From Candidatus Lindowbacteria bacterium RIFCSPLOWO2_12_FULL_62_27 (GTDB lineage: Bacteria > Lindowbacteria > 2-12-FULL-62-27): a stretch of 64,000 bases of DNA. The notes beneath the pieces were generated by a model, which ran no database searches, had not been told where the DNA came from, and was given only the letters and a program-made list of their open reading frames with translations. Below are positions 35,152 through 45,345 of the stretch, piece after piece. The position numbers and the translations under genes are program-made. Location: positions 124,001 to 188,000 of the forward strand of contig MFPR01000004.1 in assembly GCA_001784175.1 (NCBI GenBank), read 5' to 3'. Each line of letters begins with the position of its first letter. Position 1 is the first letter of the stretch.

Positions 35152-36918
35152 ATGGAGATCAACGGACCTCCCGCGCGCGCGAAACGGCGGGGGCTGATTG
35201 TCTCGATCAGCGTTCTTGCGGCCGCCGGCCTCGTATTGGCCACCGAAGTGATTTGCCGCCGGTATGTCCGGCGATGGGATCCCCAGCCCGAGTTTTATCA
35301 CGGTCTCATGACCTACCATCAGCCGCCGCTCGATTATGGGCTGCGGCCCAACCATGCCGTCACCGATACGGCCTATGGGCGTGAGGTGATGATGAAGATC
35401 AATTCCTATGGATTCCGGTATTCAAAAGAGCCGGCCGTTCCGAAACCGGCGGGCCTGGTCCGGATTTTTGTGGTGGGCGGGTCGGCCGCGTTCGGGCTGT
35501 ATGTGTACGAGGAGGAGATGTTTTCCGGGCAGTTGGAGTTATATTTGAAAAAGGTTCTGGGCGACGACAAAGTTGAGGTCATCAACGCGGCCGTGCCGGG
35601 CTACACGACCCAGCAGGAACTGCAGATGCTCGTGTTCCGGGTCCTGCCGTTCGATCCCGACCTCGTGATCCTCTACGACGGCTTCAACGACATGGCGGTG
35701 CTTCTGGCGGCGACCGAGAAACTGGGACGCTTTGGATTCGAGAACGAGTTGATGAAACAAATGCGGCTCCGGCGGACCCTGGCGGAACAGTCGCCGTACC
35801 GGCTGCTGTACATGGATTACATCGCGTATTCGGGGATTGCCCGCATGGTCCGGCATTGGCGGGCCGGTCCGGCCGTGGCGGACACCGGCGATATTCAGCG
35901 GGAGCCGCAGCCGGAGTCGGTCGATTTCTACGGGCGAGGGGTCCGGACGATGGCGGGGGCCACGCGGGGTCACGGCAGCGATTTCATCGTGGCATTTCAG
36001 CCGCACCTTTTTTATGGAGAGTATCCGCGAACGCCGAGGGAGATGGGACTGATCGCCGGCGAACACAAGAGCAAACCCAAGCGGGCGGAACTTTTCAAGC
36101 GATACACGCCGCGTTTCGCGGCGGCCGCACGGGATGCGGCGCGCTCGGCGGGCGCCCGGTTCGTGGACTTGACCGACGCCTTCAAAGACGCCCCAGCGGA
36201 TTGTTTGCTGGACTTGGTGCATCCGTCGCCTTATGGTCATCTGGTCATCACAAGGCGGCTCCTTGAGGAAATCGAGTCCATTCTGACTGCGAAGAACCCG
36301 GCGGGGTCCGGCGACGCGGGGAGACTTCATCCATCGTTTGCGCAGGTTCGTGCGCAGATCGACGACCGGCTCGCCCGGCACGCCGGCAGCAGGGGCATGG
36401 CGGTGCACAATCCGGGCGAGAACGAACAGAGCGCGTATTTGGAGCACATCCGGTACCATCTGTCGGGCGCGCTGGCCGGAGGCGTCGCGGGGGACCGCGA
36501 AATCAACCGGATCGTCAACGCCCTCGAGGTCGACCCGGCCAACGGGTACGCGCATTACGATCTGGGGAACCTTCTGCTGAACAAGGGCCACTTCGCATTT
36601 GCGGCGTCCCATTTGGAGGAATCGATCCGGCGCCTGCCGGACAATGCCGAGATGTTTTCCGTCCGCGTGATCGCACACAACAACGCAGGCTACGCGCTGC
36701 ACAAGGCCGGCCGGCAGGACGAGGCGATCGCGCACCTGCAGGAAGCGTTGAGGATGAAACCTGATTACGCCCGGGCGCATTATACGATGGGCCTCGTCTG
36801 CGTTGACAAGAAGGACGCCGCGGGCGCGCGGAAACATTTTTCCGAGGCCCTGCGGCTGGATCCGCAGAATCAGGGCGCGCGGGCGTATCTGGAAAAATTG
36901 AATCCCATGATGCGGTAG
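35152..36918 (+). CDS. Membrane-anchored SGNH/GDSL hydrolase with C-terminal TPR repeats
   Basis: GGSAAFG, VINAAVPGY, YDGFND, DLVHP; TPRs AHYDLGNLL, AHNNAGYAL, AHYTMGLV. Confidence 0.85.
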   Translation: MEINGPPARAKRRGLIVSISVLAAAGLVLATEVICRRYVRRWDPQPEFYHGLMTYHQPPLDYGLRPNHAVTDTAYGREVMMKINSYGFRYSKEPAVPKPAGLVRIFVVGGSAAFGLYVYEEEMFSGQLELYLKKVLGDDKVEVINAAVPGYTTQQELQMLVFRVLPFDPDLVILYDGFNDMAVLLAATEKLGRFGFENELMKQMRLRRTLAEQSPYRLLYMDYIAYSGIARMVRHWRAGPAVADTGDIQREPQPESVDFYGRGVRTMAGATRGHGSDFIVAFQPHLFYGEYPRTPREMGLIAGEHKSKPKRAELFKRYTPRFAAAARDAARSAGARFVDLTDAFKDAPADCLLDLVHPSPYGHLVITRRLLEEIESILTAKNPAGSGDAGRLHPSFAQVRAQIDDRLARHAGSRGMAVHNPGENEQSAYLEHIRYHLSGALAGGVAGDREINRIVNALEVDPANGYAHYDLGNLLLNKGHFAFAASHLEESIRRLPDNAEMFSVRVIAHNNAGYALHKAGRQDEAIAHLQEALRMKPDYARAHYTMGLVCVDKKDAAGARKHFSEALRLDPQNQGARAYLEKLNPMMR

Positions 36919-36921
36919 GCC

Positions 36922-39267
36922 GTGGGACGGAACAAAGTTGCCGGCGGCCTGCTCCTGCCGGCCCTGATCTGTCTCATCGGATTCATCGTTTACCGGGATT
37001 TTCTTTCCGGCGAAAAGATTTTTCTTTTCAAGGACATCGGCAGCGACACGATCAACGAGCATTATCCCCAGTATGCGCATATGTCGGAGTATTTGAGGAC
37101 GGACGGCCTCCCGCGGTGGTCGTTTCAGCAGGGGCTGGGCCAGAACATTTTTCCGTATTCGCTGAACGAGCCGGGCGCGATGATCCTGAGCGTGTTCCGC
37201 CGCGATCAGATTCCGTACGCGATCATCCATCTCCATTTCATCAAACTCATCGCCGCCGGGCTTATTTTTTCGGCGTATCTGTTGCTCCTCGATGTTTCGG
37301 CCTTCGCGTCGGTCCTGGGAGGCCTGCTGTACGCGTTTTGCGGCTGCATGATTGTGGGCGGCACGTGGAGCACGCCGGGCACGGAATGCATTTACGCGGC
37401 CTTGCTGCTGTATGCAGCCGAGGCCTATTTCAAGCGCGGCCGCTGGGGGCTGATTCCGGTCGTGATGGCGGCGATCGGCATTTACCAGCCGTTTTATTTC
37501 TACGTCTACACGGTTTTCTTTTTTATCTATGTCACGCTCCGATTTCGGGAGGATCACGGGGGATTTGGGAAGCCGTATGGGATTCTGGCGGCGAAGCTGA
37601 CCGCGATGGGATTCTTGGGGCTATGCATGAGCGCGGTGTATTGCATGAGCGGCGTTCTGCAGATGCTCCAGAGCCCGAGGGTCGGCGGGGAGGCATCGTA
37701 TTTTTCAAAACTGGTGTCCCAGCCGGTATTCGCCCCCGTCACTCCCCTGGACGGCATGACGCTCCTTCTGCGGCTTTTTTCGAGCGACCTCCTCGGCACG
37801 GGCAGCGGATTCAGAGGCTGGGGCAATTATTACGAAGCCCCGGAGCTCTACTGCGGCCTGGTCAGCCTCCTCTTGGCGCCGCAGTTTTTTGCGCTCGTGC
37901 AGAAAAAGCCGACGCGCCGCCTGTGCGGGCTGTTTTGCCTTGCCGTCTTTTTGGCCCTTCTGTTTCCCTTTTTCCGCCACATGTTCTGGCTGTTCAGCGG
38001 GAACGAATATCGGACGATATCGCTGTTTCTCACACTGCTGATTCTTTTTTTGGGCGTCCGGGCCCTGAGCCTGATCGACACGCAGTCCAGAGTGGACGTT
38101 CCGCTCCTGATCGGCACGCTGCTGGTACTGTTGGCGGCGCTGTACTTCCCCTGGCCGGTCGCTACGGTGGACAGGGATCTGCGGGGGATGGCGGCGGGGT
38201 TTCTGGCGGCGGACGCGATCCTGATTTACGCGGTGGGAACGGGGAAATTCAAAACGATGTTCCGGGCCTGCCTCCTGGCCGCCGTCGCCGCCGAGCTGTC
38301 CTGGTTCTCCATCGTATCGACGCATTCCCGGCCCGTCATCACCGGGGAGGAGGTGCGGCAGAAATCGGGGTACAACGACTACACCGTGGACGCGGTGGCG
38401 CGGCTGAACGCGACGGACACCGGATTTTTCCGGGTTCTCAAGGATTACTCGTCGAGTCCGGCCGAGCATCGCGGGCTCAACGACGCCAAGATTCAGGGAT
38501 ATCGCGGCACGTCCAGCTACTATTCATTCAACCAGCTTCATTACATCCGGTTCCTCTCCGAGGTGGGGATCATTGACGCCAGGGACGAGCTGGCCACCCA
38601 CTGGGCCTACGGGCTGGAGCGGTCGCCGGTCCTCTTGTCGCTCGTCGGCGTGAAATATTTTCTGTCAAAATCGAAAGAGCCGCACATGCTGAGATACGGA
38701 TACCAGCAGCGCGAGAAAATCGGGGACGTCCACATCTACGAAAACAAGTTTTCACTGCCCTTGGGCGTCACGTACGCCTCCTGCCAGCCGTACGGAGATT
38801 TCAAGCGGTTGGACCCCGCGAGCAAAGTGACCTCGCTCATGTATTCGGCCGTCACCGAGGACAACCGCCGGGACGCATTCGCCGGGATTGAGGTTGTCCG
38901 AGACCCGCCCGCGATTTCGTCCATGGAGGAATACGGCCGGCGCGTGGACCGTTTGAAGGAAAATGCGATGGCCATCCGCGAGCTGCGGCAGAATCACATC
39001 CGAGGGACGATTACGATCGGCCGCAAGAAGATCCTGTTTCTGTCCATTCCCTACGACGAGGGCTGGGCGGCGACCGTGGACGGGCAGCCGCGCAAGTTGC
39101 AGAAAATCAACGTCGGATTCATGGGGCTGGCGCTGGATGCGGGGGACCATGAAATCGATTTGACCTTCGAGCCACCCCTGGCCCGGGTGGGCGCGGGCGT
39201 CACGTTCGTCGGACTTTTAGTCTACGGGTTTCTGATGTTCCGAACCAGATCGACTTATCGCCGGTGA
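36922..39267 (+). CDS. YfhO-family membrane glycosyltransferase-like protein
   Basis: DIGSDT..YP, multi-TM core, C-terminal LSIPYDEGW.ATVDG...GFMGL.L..G.HEI. Confidence 0.85.
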   Translation: MGRNKVAGGLLLPALICLIGFIVYRDFLSGEKIFLFKDIGSDTINEHYPQYAHMSEYLRTDGLPRWSFQQGLGQNIFPYSLNEPGAMILSVFRRDQIPYAIIHLHFIKLIAAGLIFSAYLLLLDVSAFASVLGGLLYAFCGCMIVGGTWSTPGTECIYAALLLYAAEAYFKRGRWGLIPVVMAAIGIYQPFYFYVYTVFFFIYVTLRFREDHGGFGKPYGILAAKLTAMGFLGLCMSAVYCMSGVLQMLQSPRVGGEASYFSKLVSQPVFAPVTPLDGMTLLLRLFSSDLLGTGSGFRGWGNYYEAPELYCGLVSLLLAPQFFALVQKKPTRRLCGLFCLAVFLALLFPFFRHMFWLFSGNEYRTISLFLTLLILFLGVRALSLIDTQSRVDVPLLIGTLLVLLAALYFPWPVATVDRDLRGMAAGFLAADAILIYAVGTGKFKTMFRACLLAAVAAELSWFSIVSTHSRPVITGEEVRQKSGYNDYTVDAVARLNATDTGFFRVLKDYSSSPAEHRGLNDAKIQGYRGTSSYYSFNQLHYIRFLSEVGIIDARDELATHWAYGLERSPVLLSLVGVKYFLSKSKEPHMLRYGYQQREKIGDVHIYENKFSLPLGVTYASCQPYGDFKRLDPASKVTSLMYSAVTEDNRRDAFAGIEVVRDPPAISSMEEYGRRVDRLKENAMAIRELRQNHIRGTITIGRKKILFLSIPYDEGWAATVDGQPRKLQKINVGFMGLALDAGDHEIDLTFEPPLARVGAGVTFVGLLVYGFLMFRTRSTYRR

Positions 39268-40484
39268 CGGCGGGGGCTGAAACTCCGGAATCCTCCGTGG
39301 TGGCGAGGGCGGCGGCCGGCCCATGACGGCGCGGGCCGGGGTTCGGAAGGAGCCGGAACCATGGCCAGATCGGAATTCGTCGAGCGCGGGATCGACATCC
39401 GGATGATTCGCTCGATGTTTCGAATGTCTTCCCCCTGATCGGGCGTCGCGAAACTGAGGGCGATCCCCGCCCGGCCGGCCCGGCCGGTCCGGCCGATTCT
39501 GTGGACGTAATTTTCCGGATCGTCGGGCAAATCGTAATTGATCACAACCTCGATGCCGGTCACGTCAATGCCGCGGGCGGCGATGTCCGTCGCCACCAGG
39601 ATTCGATACCGGCCGGACTTGAATCCGCTCAGCGCCTCCTTTCTCTGCGCCAGGCTGCGGTCGGCGTGAATTTCAGCCGCTCCGTGGCCTTTGTTCCTCA
39701 GGAGGCGCGCCACCTTGGCGGCGCCGCGCTTGGTGCGAACGAACATCAGGACGGACCCCGTGTGGCGCCGGAGCATTTCGCCGAGTAGGTTTCCCTTCTG
39801 TTCCTTGCTGACGACGAACAGTTCCTGGGAAACCAGCTCCGCCGCCGTGCCGGACGGCGCGATTTCTGTGCGAACCGGGAGCCGCATGTAGGCCGAAGCG
39901 ATTTTGACGATCTCGGCCGGTATCGTCGCCGAAAAGAGCATCGTCTGGCGGTCTTTCGGGATGAGTCTGAGGATGCGTTCAATTTGCGGCGCGAATCCCA
40001 TATCGAGCATGCGGTCGGCCTCATCGAGCACGAGAACGCAGACATCCTGAAGGCGCACGGTGTTCTGGTTCAAATGATCGATCAGCCGGCCGGGCGTTGC
40101 GAGGATGATACGCGGGTTGGACCGGAAGGCCTGAATCTGCATGCCCATGGATTCCCCGCCGATGACCACCGCCATTTTCATGTTGAAGGCCGGCGCAATC
40201 TTCGCCAGCATTTCGTTGGCCTGAAGCGCCAGTTCCCGGGTGGGCACGAGGACCAATCCCCGGCCTTTTCGCTGAGCCAGCCGCTGGATCATCGGGATGC
40301 CAAAGGCCAGGGTTTTGCCCGTGCCGGTTTGCGCGATCCCGATGATGTCCTTCCCCTCGATGGCGATCGGGATGGCCTTATGCTGAATGGGCGTGGGCAC
40401 GGTGAATTTCGACCGCTGAAGCACGTCGAGGATCCCGGGTGCAATGCCCAGCCCGAAGAAACTGTCTGGAGCGCCTGTCATCAT
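39255..40484 (-). CDS. DEAD-box RNA helicase (RhlE-like)
   Basis: AQTGTGKT, PTRELA, DEADRMLDMGF, SAT, HRIGRTGRAG. Confidence 0.95.
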   Translation of the reverse strand: MMTGAPDSFFGLGIAPGILDVLQRSKFTVPTPIQHKAIPIAIEGKDIIGIAQTGTGKTLAFGIPMIQRLAQRKGRGLVLVPTRELALQANEMLAKIAPAFNMKMAVVIGGESMGMQIQAFRSNPRIILATPGRLIDHLNQNTVRLQDVCVLVLDEADRMLDMGFAPQIERILRLIPKDRQTMLFSATIPAEIVKIASAYMRLPVRTEIAPSGTAAELVSQELFVVSKEQKGNLLGEMLRRHTGSVLMFVRTKRGAAKVARLLRNKGHGAAEIHADRSLAQRKEALSGFKSGRYRILVATDIAARGIDVTGIEVVINYDLPDDPENYVHRIGRTGRAGRAGIALSFATPDQGEDIRNIERIIRMSIPRSTNSDLAMVPAPSEPRPAPSWAGRRPRHHGGFRSFSPRRHRR

Positions 40485-40518
40485 GCGGAGAGACTACTAT
40501 TCTCATGGCGAATAGTAT

Positions 40519-41646
40519 ATGCTTGACGCGACGAACATGATCTTGGCGGCGAATCCGAAGGCGCAGTACGAGACACACAAAGAGGAGATCGACCGGGCGA
40601 TTCAGGAGACGCTGGGCGGCGGGCGGTACGTGCTGGGCGAGCAGGTCCAGCGGTTCGAGTCGGAGTTTGCCGCGTATATCGGCGTGCCTCACGCCGTCGG
40701 CGTCGGCAGCGGGACGGACGCGCTGCATCTGGCGTTGCGGGCCTGCGGGATCGGCGCCGGGGACGAGGTGATCACCGTCTCGTACACGGCGGTGGCGACG
40801 GTGGCCGCCGTGGAAATGGCGGGCGCGCAGCCGGCGCTGGTGGACATCGATCCCGATTATTTCACGCTCGATCCGAAACGCCTGGCCGGTGCGCTGACAT
40901 CCAAAACTCGCGCCATCCTCGTGGTTCATCTCTACGGCCAGCCGGTCGATTTTCCGCCGATCCTCGATTTCGCGCACACGCACCGTCTGCGGGTCATTGA
41001 AGATTGCGCGCAGTCGCACGGGGCGATGTACGGCGGTCGGCGCGTGGGGTCGTTCGGGGATGCGGCGGCCTTCAGTTTTTATCCGACCAAGAATCTCGGG
41101 AGTCTGGGAGACGGCGGAATGGCGGTCACCCACGATGCGGAACTTGCGCGACAGGTCCGGATGCTGCGGCAGTACGGCTGGGACGGCCACCGGGAGAGCC
41201 TCTGCGCCGGGTGGAACTCGCGGCTGGACGAGATCCAGGCGGCGATCCTGCGGGTCAAGCTGAAGACGCTGGATGAGGACAACGAGAAGCGTCGGCGGCT
41301 GGCGGCGCTCTACGGCCGGCTGTTGAAACCGGCGAAATTGAACTTGCCGCCGGAACGGCCGAATTGCCGGCACGCCTGCCACCTCTACGTGGTGCGGTCG
41401 GCGCAGCGGGACAAGTTGCGGTCCCATCTGCGCAAGCAGGGCATCGAGACGCTGGTCCATTACCCGCAGGGCGTTCATCAGCAGGCCGCCTATCGAGACA
41501 GGAATTTGTCCAGCGGAAGCCTCTCCGTCACCGAGTCGGCATGCCGGGAAGTCCTGTCCCTGCCGATGTATCCGGAATTGACGGAAGAGGAAGTGACGAC
41601 GGTCTGCCGGGCCATCCTGGAGTTTGCCGGCGTAGCCGCTCAATGA
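40519..41646 (+). CDS. DegT/DnrJ/EryC1/StrS sugar aminotransferase (FdtB-like)
   Basis: SGTDAL, EDCAQSHG, FSFYPTKNLG, NSRLDEIQAA. Confidence 0.93.
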   Translation: MLDATNMILAANPKAQYETHKEEIDRAIQETLGGGRYVLGEQVQRFESEFAAYIGVPHAVGVGSGTDALHLALRACGIGAGDEVITVSYTAVATVAAVEMAGAQPALVDIDPDYFTLDPKRLAGALTSKTRAILVVHLYGQPVDFPPILDFAHTHRLRVIEDCAQSHGAMYGGRRVGSFGDAAAFSFYPTKNLGSLGDGGMAVTHDAELARQVRMLRQYGWDGHRESLCAGWNSRLDEIQAAILRVKLKTLDEDNEKRRRLAALYGRLLKPAKLNLPPERPNCRHACHLYVVRSAQRDKLRSHLRKQGIETLVHYPQGVHQQAAYRDRNLSSGSLSVTESACREVLSLPMYPELTEEEVTTVCRAILEFAGVAAQ

Positions 41647-43268
41647 AAAGGGGTCGACCCCCCTTGAAGACAGAGACGTTGCCTTGGATTCTTCTGCCGC
41701 TCGCGTTCCTCTTCGTCCTCACGGTCCGGCTGAACCTGCGGGACATGCCGATCTCGAGCGACGAGGGGATCTACTGCTATTATGGCCAGATGGTGCTGGA
41801 CGGCCAGCCGCCCTACCGGTACTTTTACGAGATCAAGCCGCCCGGACTCTACTACGCCTACGGATTTCTCATGCTGATCTTCGGTGACACGCTCCGGGGC
41901 ATTCACATGGCCTTTACCGTGATCAATCTTCTCACGATGGCGATGGTGTTTTGGATCGGCCGGGAGCTTTTGCGGGACACGCTGGCGGCGACGCTGGCCG
42001 CCGTGTCGTTCGGGTTTCTTTCGCTGGGTCCGTTCGTGTTCGGATTTTCGGTGATCGCGGAACCGCTCATGGGATTTTTCAGCACGGGGGCGCTCCTGCT
42101 GGGGCTGCTCGGATTGAACCGGGAGAAACCGGCGCTGCTGTTTCTGTCCGGGATCGCGGCGCACATGGCGTTTCAGATCAAACAAACCGGCGGGCTGTTC
42201 GGGCTGGGCGTGGCGCTGGTGATCGGCGCGTATGATCTCTCCCGCCGCCCCATCGCATGGTCCGCGCTCGCGGCGCGCCTCGGCCTGTATTTGGCCGGCC
42301 ACGCGGCGCTGCTCGGGATTGCGCTTGCGGCCATCGTGGCGCAGGGCGCATGGAACGATTTTGTGTTCTGGGCGTACCGGTTTTCGACGCAGTATGTATC
42401 CGAGGTGCCGATGTCACAGGGGTGGCAGATGCTCAAGTTTTTTTTCCCGAAGGTCGTCGACCGGTATGAGGTCTTCTGGATTCTGGCGGTGATCGGCTGG
42501 GCCGGCGTTTTGTTTTCGAGCCTCGGCGCGTTTCGGAAATGGACCTTGTCGATCTGGATCGCCGTGTCGTTCGCGTCGCTCGCGCCCGGCTGGCGGTTTT
42601 ACTCGCATTACTGGATGAACATCGTTCCGGCCGTGTCTCTGGCGGCCGGCGCCGCCGGCATGGCGATCATCGCACTCCTCAAGCGCCGGATGGGTCCGGC
42701 GCCGGCGGCCCTGTACGCGCTCTTGGCGGCTGCCCTGGCGGTGGGACAGCCGCTCGTTCTTGAGGAGGAATATTATTTCCGGCCGGACCCCGTGAAGATC
42801 TGGCGCCGGGTCGAGGGATCGCGCCCGTTTCCGGAAGCCAAAGTGATCGGCGACTACGTGGGCCAGCGGACGCGGGAGGGCGAGACGATTGTGGTCATCG
42901 GCACGGAGCCCGAGGTGTATTTTTATTCCGGCCGGCGCTGCCCCTCGCGACACAGCTATTTCAACTATCTGGTCTGCGCCCATCCCCTGCACAGGGAGTG
43001 GCAGAAAGAATTCATCGCCGACGTGGAGGCGGCGCGGCCGAAGATGTTCGTATTTTTCAAGCACCCGCAATCGCATTTTATGAGTCCCCACGCGGACCAG
43101 GCCATCTTCACGTGGGCGTTTGATTATATCCAGAAATACTACCGGCCGGTGGCTGTGGCCGACATGCTGTCTCCGGAAACAACGGACTACGTCTACGGAA
43201 CGCGCGCCGAAACATACCGGCCGCAAAGTCCGCTGTACATCCGGGTGTTTGAACGGACGGCGCCATGA
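41643..43268 (+). CDS. GT-C (ArnT/PMT-like) membrane glycosyltransferase
   Basis: DEGIY...PPY...KPPG, multi-TM; ATGA overlap with the upstream gene. Confidence 0.8.
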   Translation: MKRGRPPLKTETLPWILLPLAFLFVLTVRLNLRDMPISSDEGIYCYYGQMVLDGQPPYRYFYEIKPPGLYYAYGFLMLIFGDTLRGIHMAFTVINLLTMAMVFWIGRELLRDTLAATLAAVSFGFLSLGPFVFGFSVIAEPLMGFFSTGALLLGLLGLNREKPALLFLSGIAAHMAFQIKQTGGLFGLGVALVIGAYDLSRRPIAWSALAARLGLYLAGHAALLGIALAAIVAQGAWNDFVFWAYRFSTQYVSEVPMSQGWQMLKFFFPKVVDRYEVFWILAVIGWAGVLFSSLGAFRKWTLSIWIAVSFASLAPGWRFYSHYWMNIVPAVSLAAGAAGMAIIALLKRRMGPAPAALYALLAAALAVGQPLVLEEEYYFRPDPVKIWRRVEGSRPFPEAKVIGDYVGQRTREGETIVVIGTEPEVYFYSGRRCPSRHSYFNYLVCAHPLHREWQKEFIADVEAARPKMFVFFKHPQSHFMSPHADQAIFTWAFDYIQKYYRPVAVADMLSPETTDYVYGTRAETYRPQSPLYIRVFERTAP

Positions 43269-43286
43269 AGGTATCGTACCGTTGAC

Positions 43287-43673
43287 ATGGCGGAATTGAT
43301 CGAGCTCAAGACGTTTTCAGACAAGCGCGGAAATTTATCAGTGATCGAACAGCCGCAGATCCCGTTCGAGATCAAACGGATTTTCTATATTTACGGCGTG
43401 GACGGCTCGACCCGGGGCGGCCACCGGCACCGGCGGACGCGTCAGGCGCTGATTTGCCTGCAGGGCGGGTGCGTCGTCGAGAACGACGATGGCCGGCGAT
43501 ACGAAACGTTCGTCCTGGACCGGCCGAACCAATGCCTGATTCTGGAGCCGCCCGACTGGCATCTGCTCCGCGAGTTTTCGCCCGGCGCGATTCTCCTCGT
43601 GCTGGCGTCGGAACTATTTGACGAGAGGGATTACATCCACGACAAGTACGCGCCGCGGGGCGGGGACCAGTGA
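43287..43673 (+). CDS. FdtA/QdtA-family sugar 3,4-ketoisomerase
   Basis: DKRGNL, KRIFYIY, RGGHRH, LLVLAS. Confidence 0.9.
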   Translation: MAELIELKTFSDKRGNLSVIEQPQIPFEIKRIFYIYGVDGSTRGGHRHRRTRQALICLQGGCVVENDDGRRYETFVLDRPNQCLILEPPDWHLLREFSPGAILLVLASELFDERDYIHDKYAPRGGDQ

Positions 43674-44590
43674 AGGTCTCCGTCGTCGTCCCGGTCTACA
43701 ACGCGGAGCGGTCGATCGCCGATCTCGTCCGCGAGGTGCGCGCGGCGCTGGCGGGGCACGATCTTGAGATCGTGCTCGTGAACGACGGGAGCCGGGACGG
43801 AAGCGACGCGATCTGCGAGAAGCTGGCGCGGGAGACGGCAGGCGTGCGGTACCTCTGCCTTCGCCGGAACTTCGGTGAGCACAACGCCGTCATGTGCGGC
43901 CTGAACCACGCGACTGGAGATTTCATCGCGATCATCGACGACGATTTTCAGAACCCTCCGGCCGAAATCCCGGCGCTCCTTCAGGAGGCGCAAAAGGGGT
44001 ACGACGTCGTCTATTCGAGGTACACGGACAAAAAGCACTCGTGGTTCCGGAATTTCGGCAGCCGCTTCAACGATTTCTTCGCCACGCGGCTTTTGGGGAA
44101 ACCGCCGGACCTGTACCTTTCGAGTTTCAAGGTCATCCGGAAGGAGGTCGTGGACGAAATCGTCAAGTACAAGGGCCCGTTTCCCTACATCGACGGCCTC
44201 ATCCTGCGGGCCACGGACCAGATCGGCACGGCCCTGGTGTCGCACCGGGACCGGCGCGTGGGGAAATCGAATTACACGCTGATCAAGCTGGTTCAGCTCT
44301 ACATGAACATGTTTTTCAATTTTTCCATCGTGCCGCTGCGGATCTTCACGTTCGGCGGGTTTCTCGTCTTCGTCACCGGCGCCGTCTTTACCGCGGCCTT
44401 CATCACCGAAAAACTCCTGCACCCGGAAATCCCCGTCGGCTGGACGTCCCTCATCACCGCCATCCTGACGTTGTCGGGATTCCAGGTCATGTTTCTGGGG
44501 CTCATCGGCGAATACCTGGGCAAGCAGTATCTGGACCAGAACAAGACGCCGCAGTGGGTGATCCGGAAGGAGATTCTCAAAAAAGATTGA
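43670..44590 (+). CDS. GT2 polyprenol-phosphate glycosyltransferase (ArnC/GtrB-like)
   Basis: VPVYN, NDGSRD, RNFGEHNA, DDDFQNPP, two C-terminal TMs, GEYLG. Confidence 0.9.
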   Translation: MKVSVVVPVYNAERSIADLVREVRAALAGHDLEIVLVNDGSRDGSDAICEKLARETAGVRYLCLRRNFGEHNAVMCGLNHATGDFIAIIDDDFQNPPAEIPALLQEAQKGYDVVYSRYTDKKHSWFRNFGSRFNDFFATRLLGKPPDLYLSSFKVIRKEVVDEIVKYKGPFPYIDGLILRATDQIGTALVSHRDRRVGKSNYTLIKLVQLYMNMFFNFSIVPLRIFTFGGFLVFVTGAVFTAAFITEKLLHPEIPVGWTSLITAILTLSGFQVMFLGLIGEYLGKQYLDQNKTPQWVIRKEILKKD

Positions 44591-45345
44591 TCGGCCGGAA
44601 AGAGGAATATGAAAAGATGGCGCGCCTCGAGGAGGCACACTGGTGGTACCGGGCGCTCCACCGGCTGACGCTGCAGGCGCTGGAGCGTCACGCCGTGCCG
44701 AGGTCGGGCCTCATTCTTGACGCGGGCTGCGGGACCGGCGGGCTGCTCGCGCATCTGCGGCGGGCCGGATATATGGAACTTCGGGGGATCGACATTTCAG
44801 ATGACGCGATTGAGATGTGCCGGGCGAAATCTCTGGACGTCATCCAGGGCGACATTCGCGAGATCGGCCGGCACGCGCCGGGGGGCGACGCCGCCGCGAT
44901 CGTGTGCCATGACGTGTTTTATTTCCTCGACCGCGGCGAATGGGCGCAGACCGCAGCGCGGTTTCACGACGCCCTCGCGCCGGACGGCCTTGTGATCATG
45001 AACCTGCCGGCCTTTGCGGCCTTTCGCGGCATCCACGACATGGCGGTCGGGATCCGGCATCGATTCACGAAACGGGACATCGGAGACATCTTTGATGCGG
45101 CACGCTTCGCGCGCCTGCGGGCGATCTACTGGCCGTTTTTTCTGTCACCGTTGATTTTCGGAACGCGCGCAGTCCAGAGACTCCGGCTGAGGTCACGACG
45201 CGACGTCCCCATCCGCTCAGACCTCAGCCTTCCCCCGGCCGGGCTGAATGACGTTTTGTATCATCTGACCCGCCTGGAAAACGACGGCCTGGCCCGCAAA
45301 CCGTTCGGAAGCAGCCTGTTTCTGGTAATGAAGAAAACCGCTTAA
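44587..45345 (+). CDS. Class I SAM-dependent methyltransferase
   Basis: EYEKMARLEEAHWWY, ILDAGCGTGG; TTG start overlapping the upstream stop (alternative ATG 44617). Confidence 0.85.
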   Translation: MIGRKEEYEKMARLEEAHWWYRALHRLTLQALERHAVPRSGLILDAGCGTGGLLAHLRRAGYMELRGIDISDDAIEMCRAKSLDVIQGDIREIGRHAPGGDAAAIVCHDVFYFLDRGEWAQTAARFHDALAPDGLVIMNLPAFAAFRGIHDMAVGIRHRFTKRDIGDIFDAARFARLRAIYWPFFLSPLIFGTRAVQRLRLRSRRDVPIRSDLSLPPAGLNDVLYHLTRLENDGLARKPFGSSLFLVMKKTA

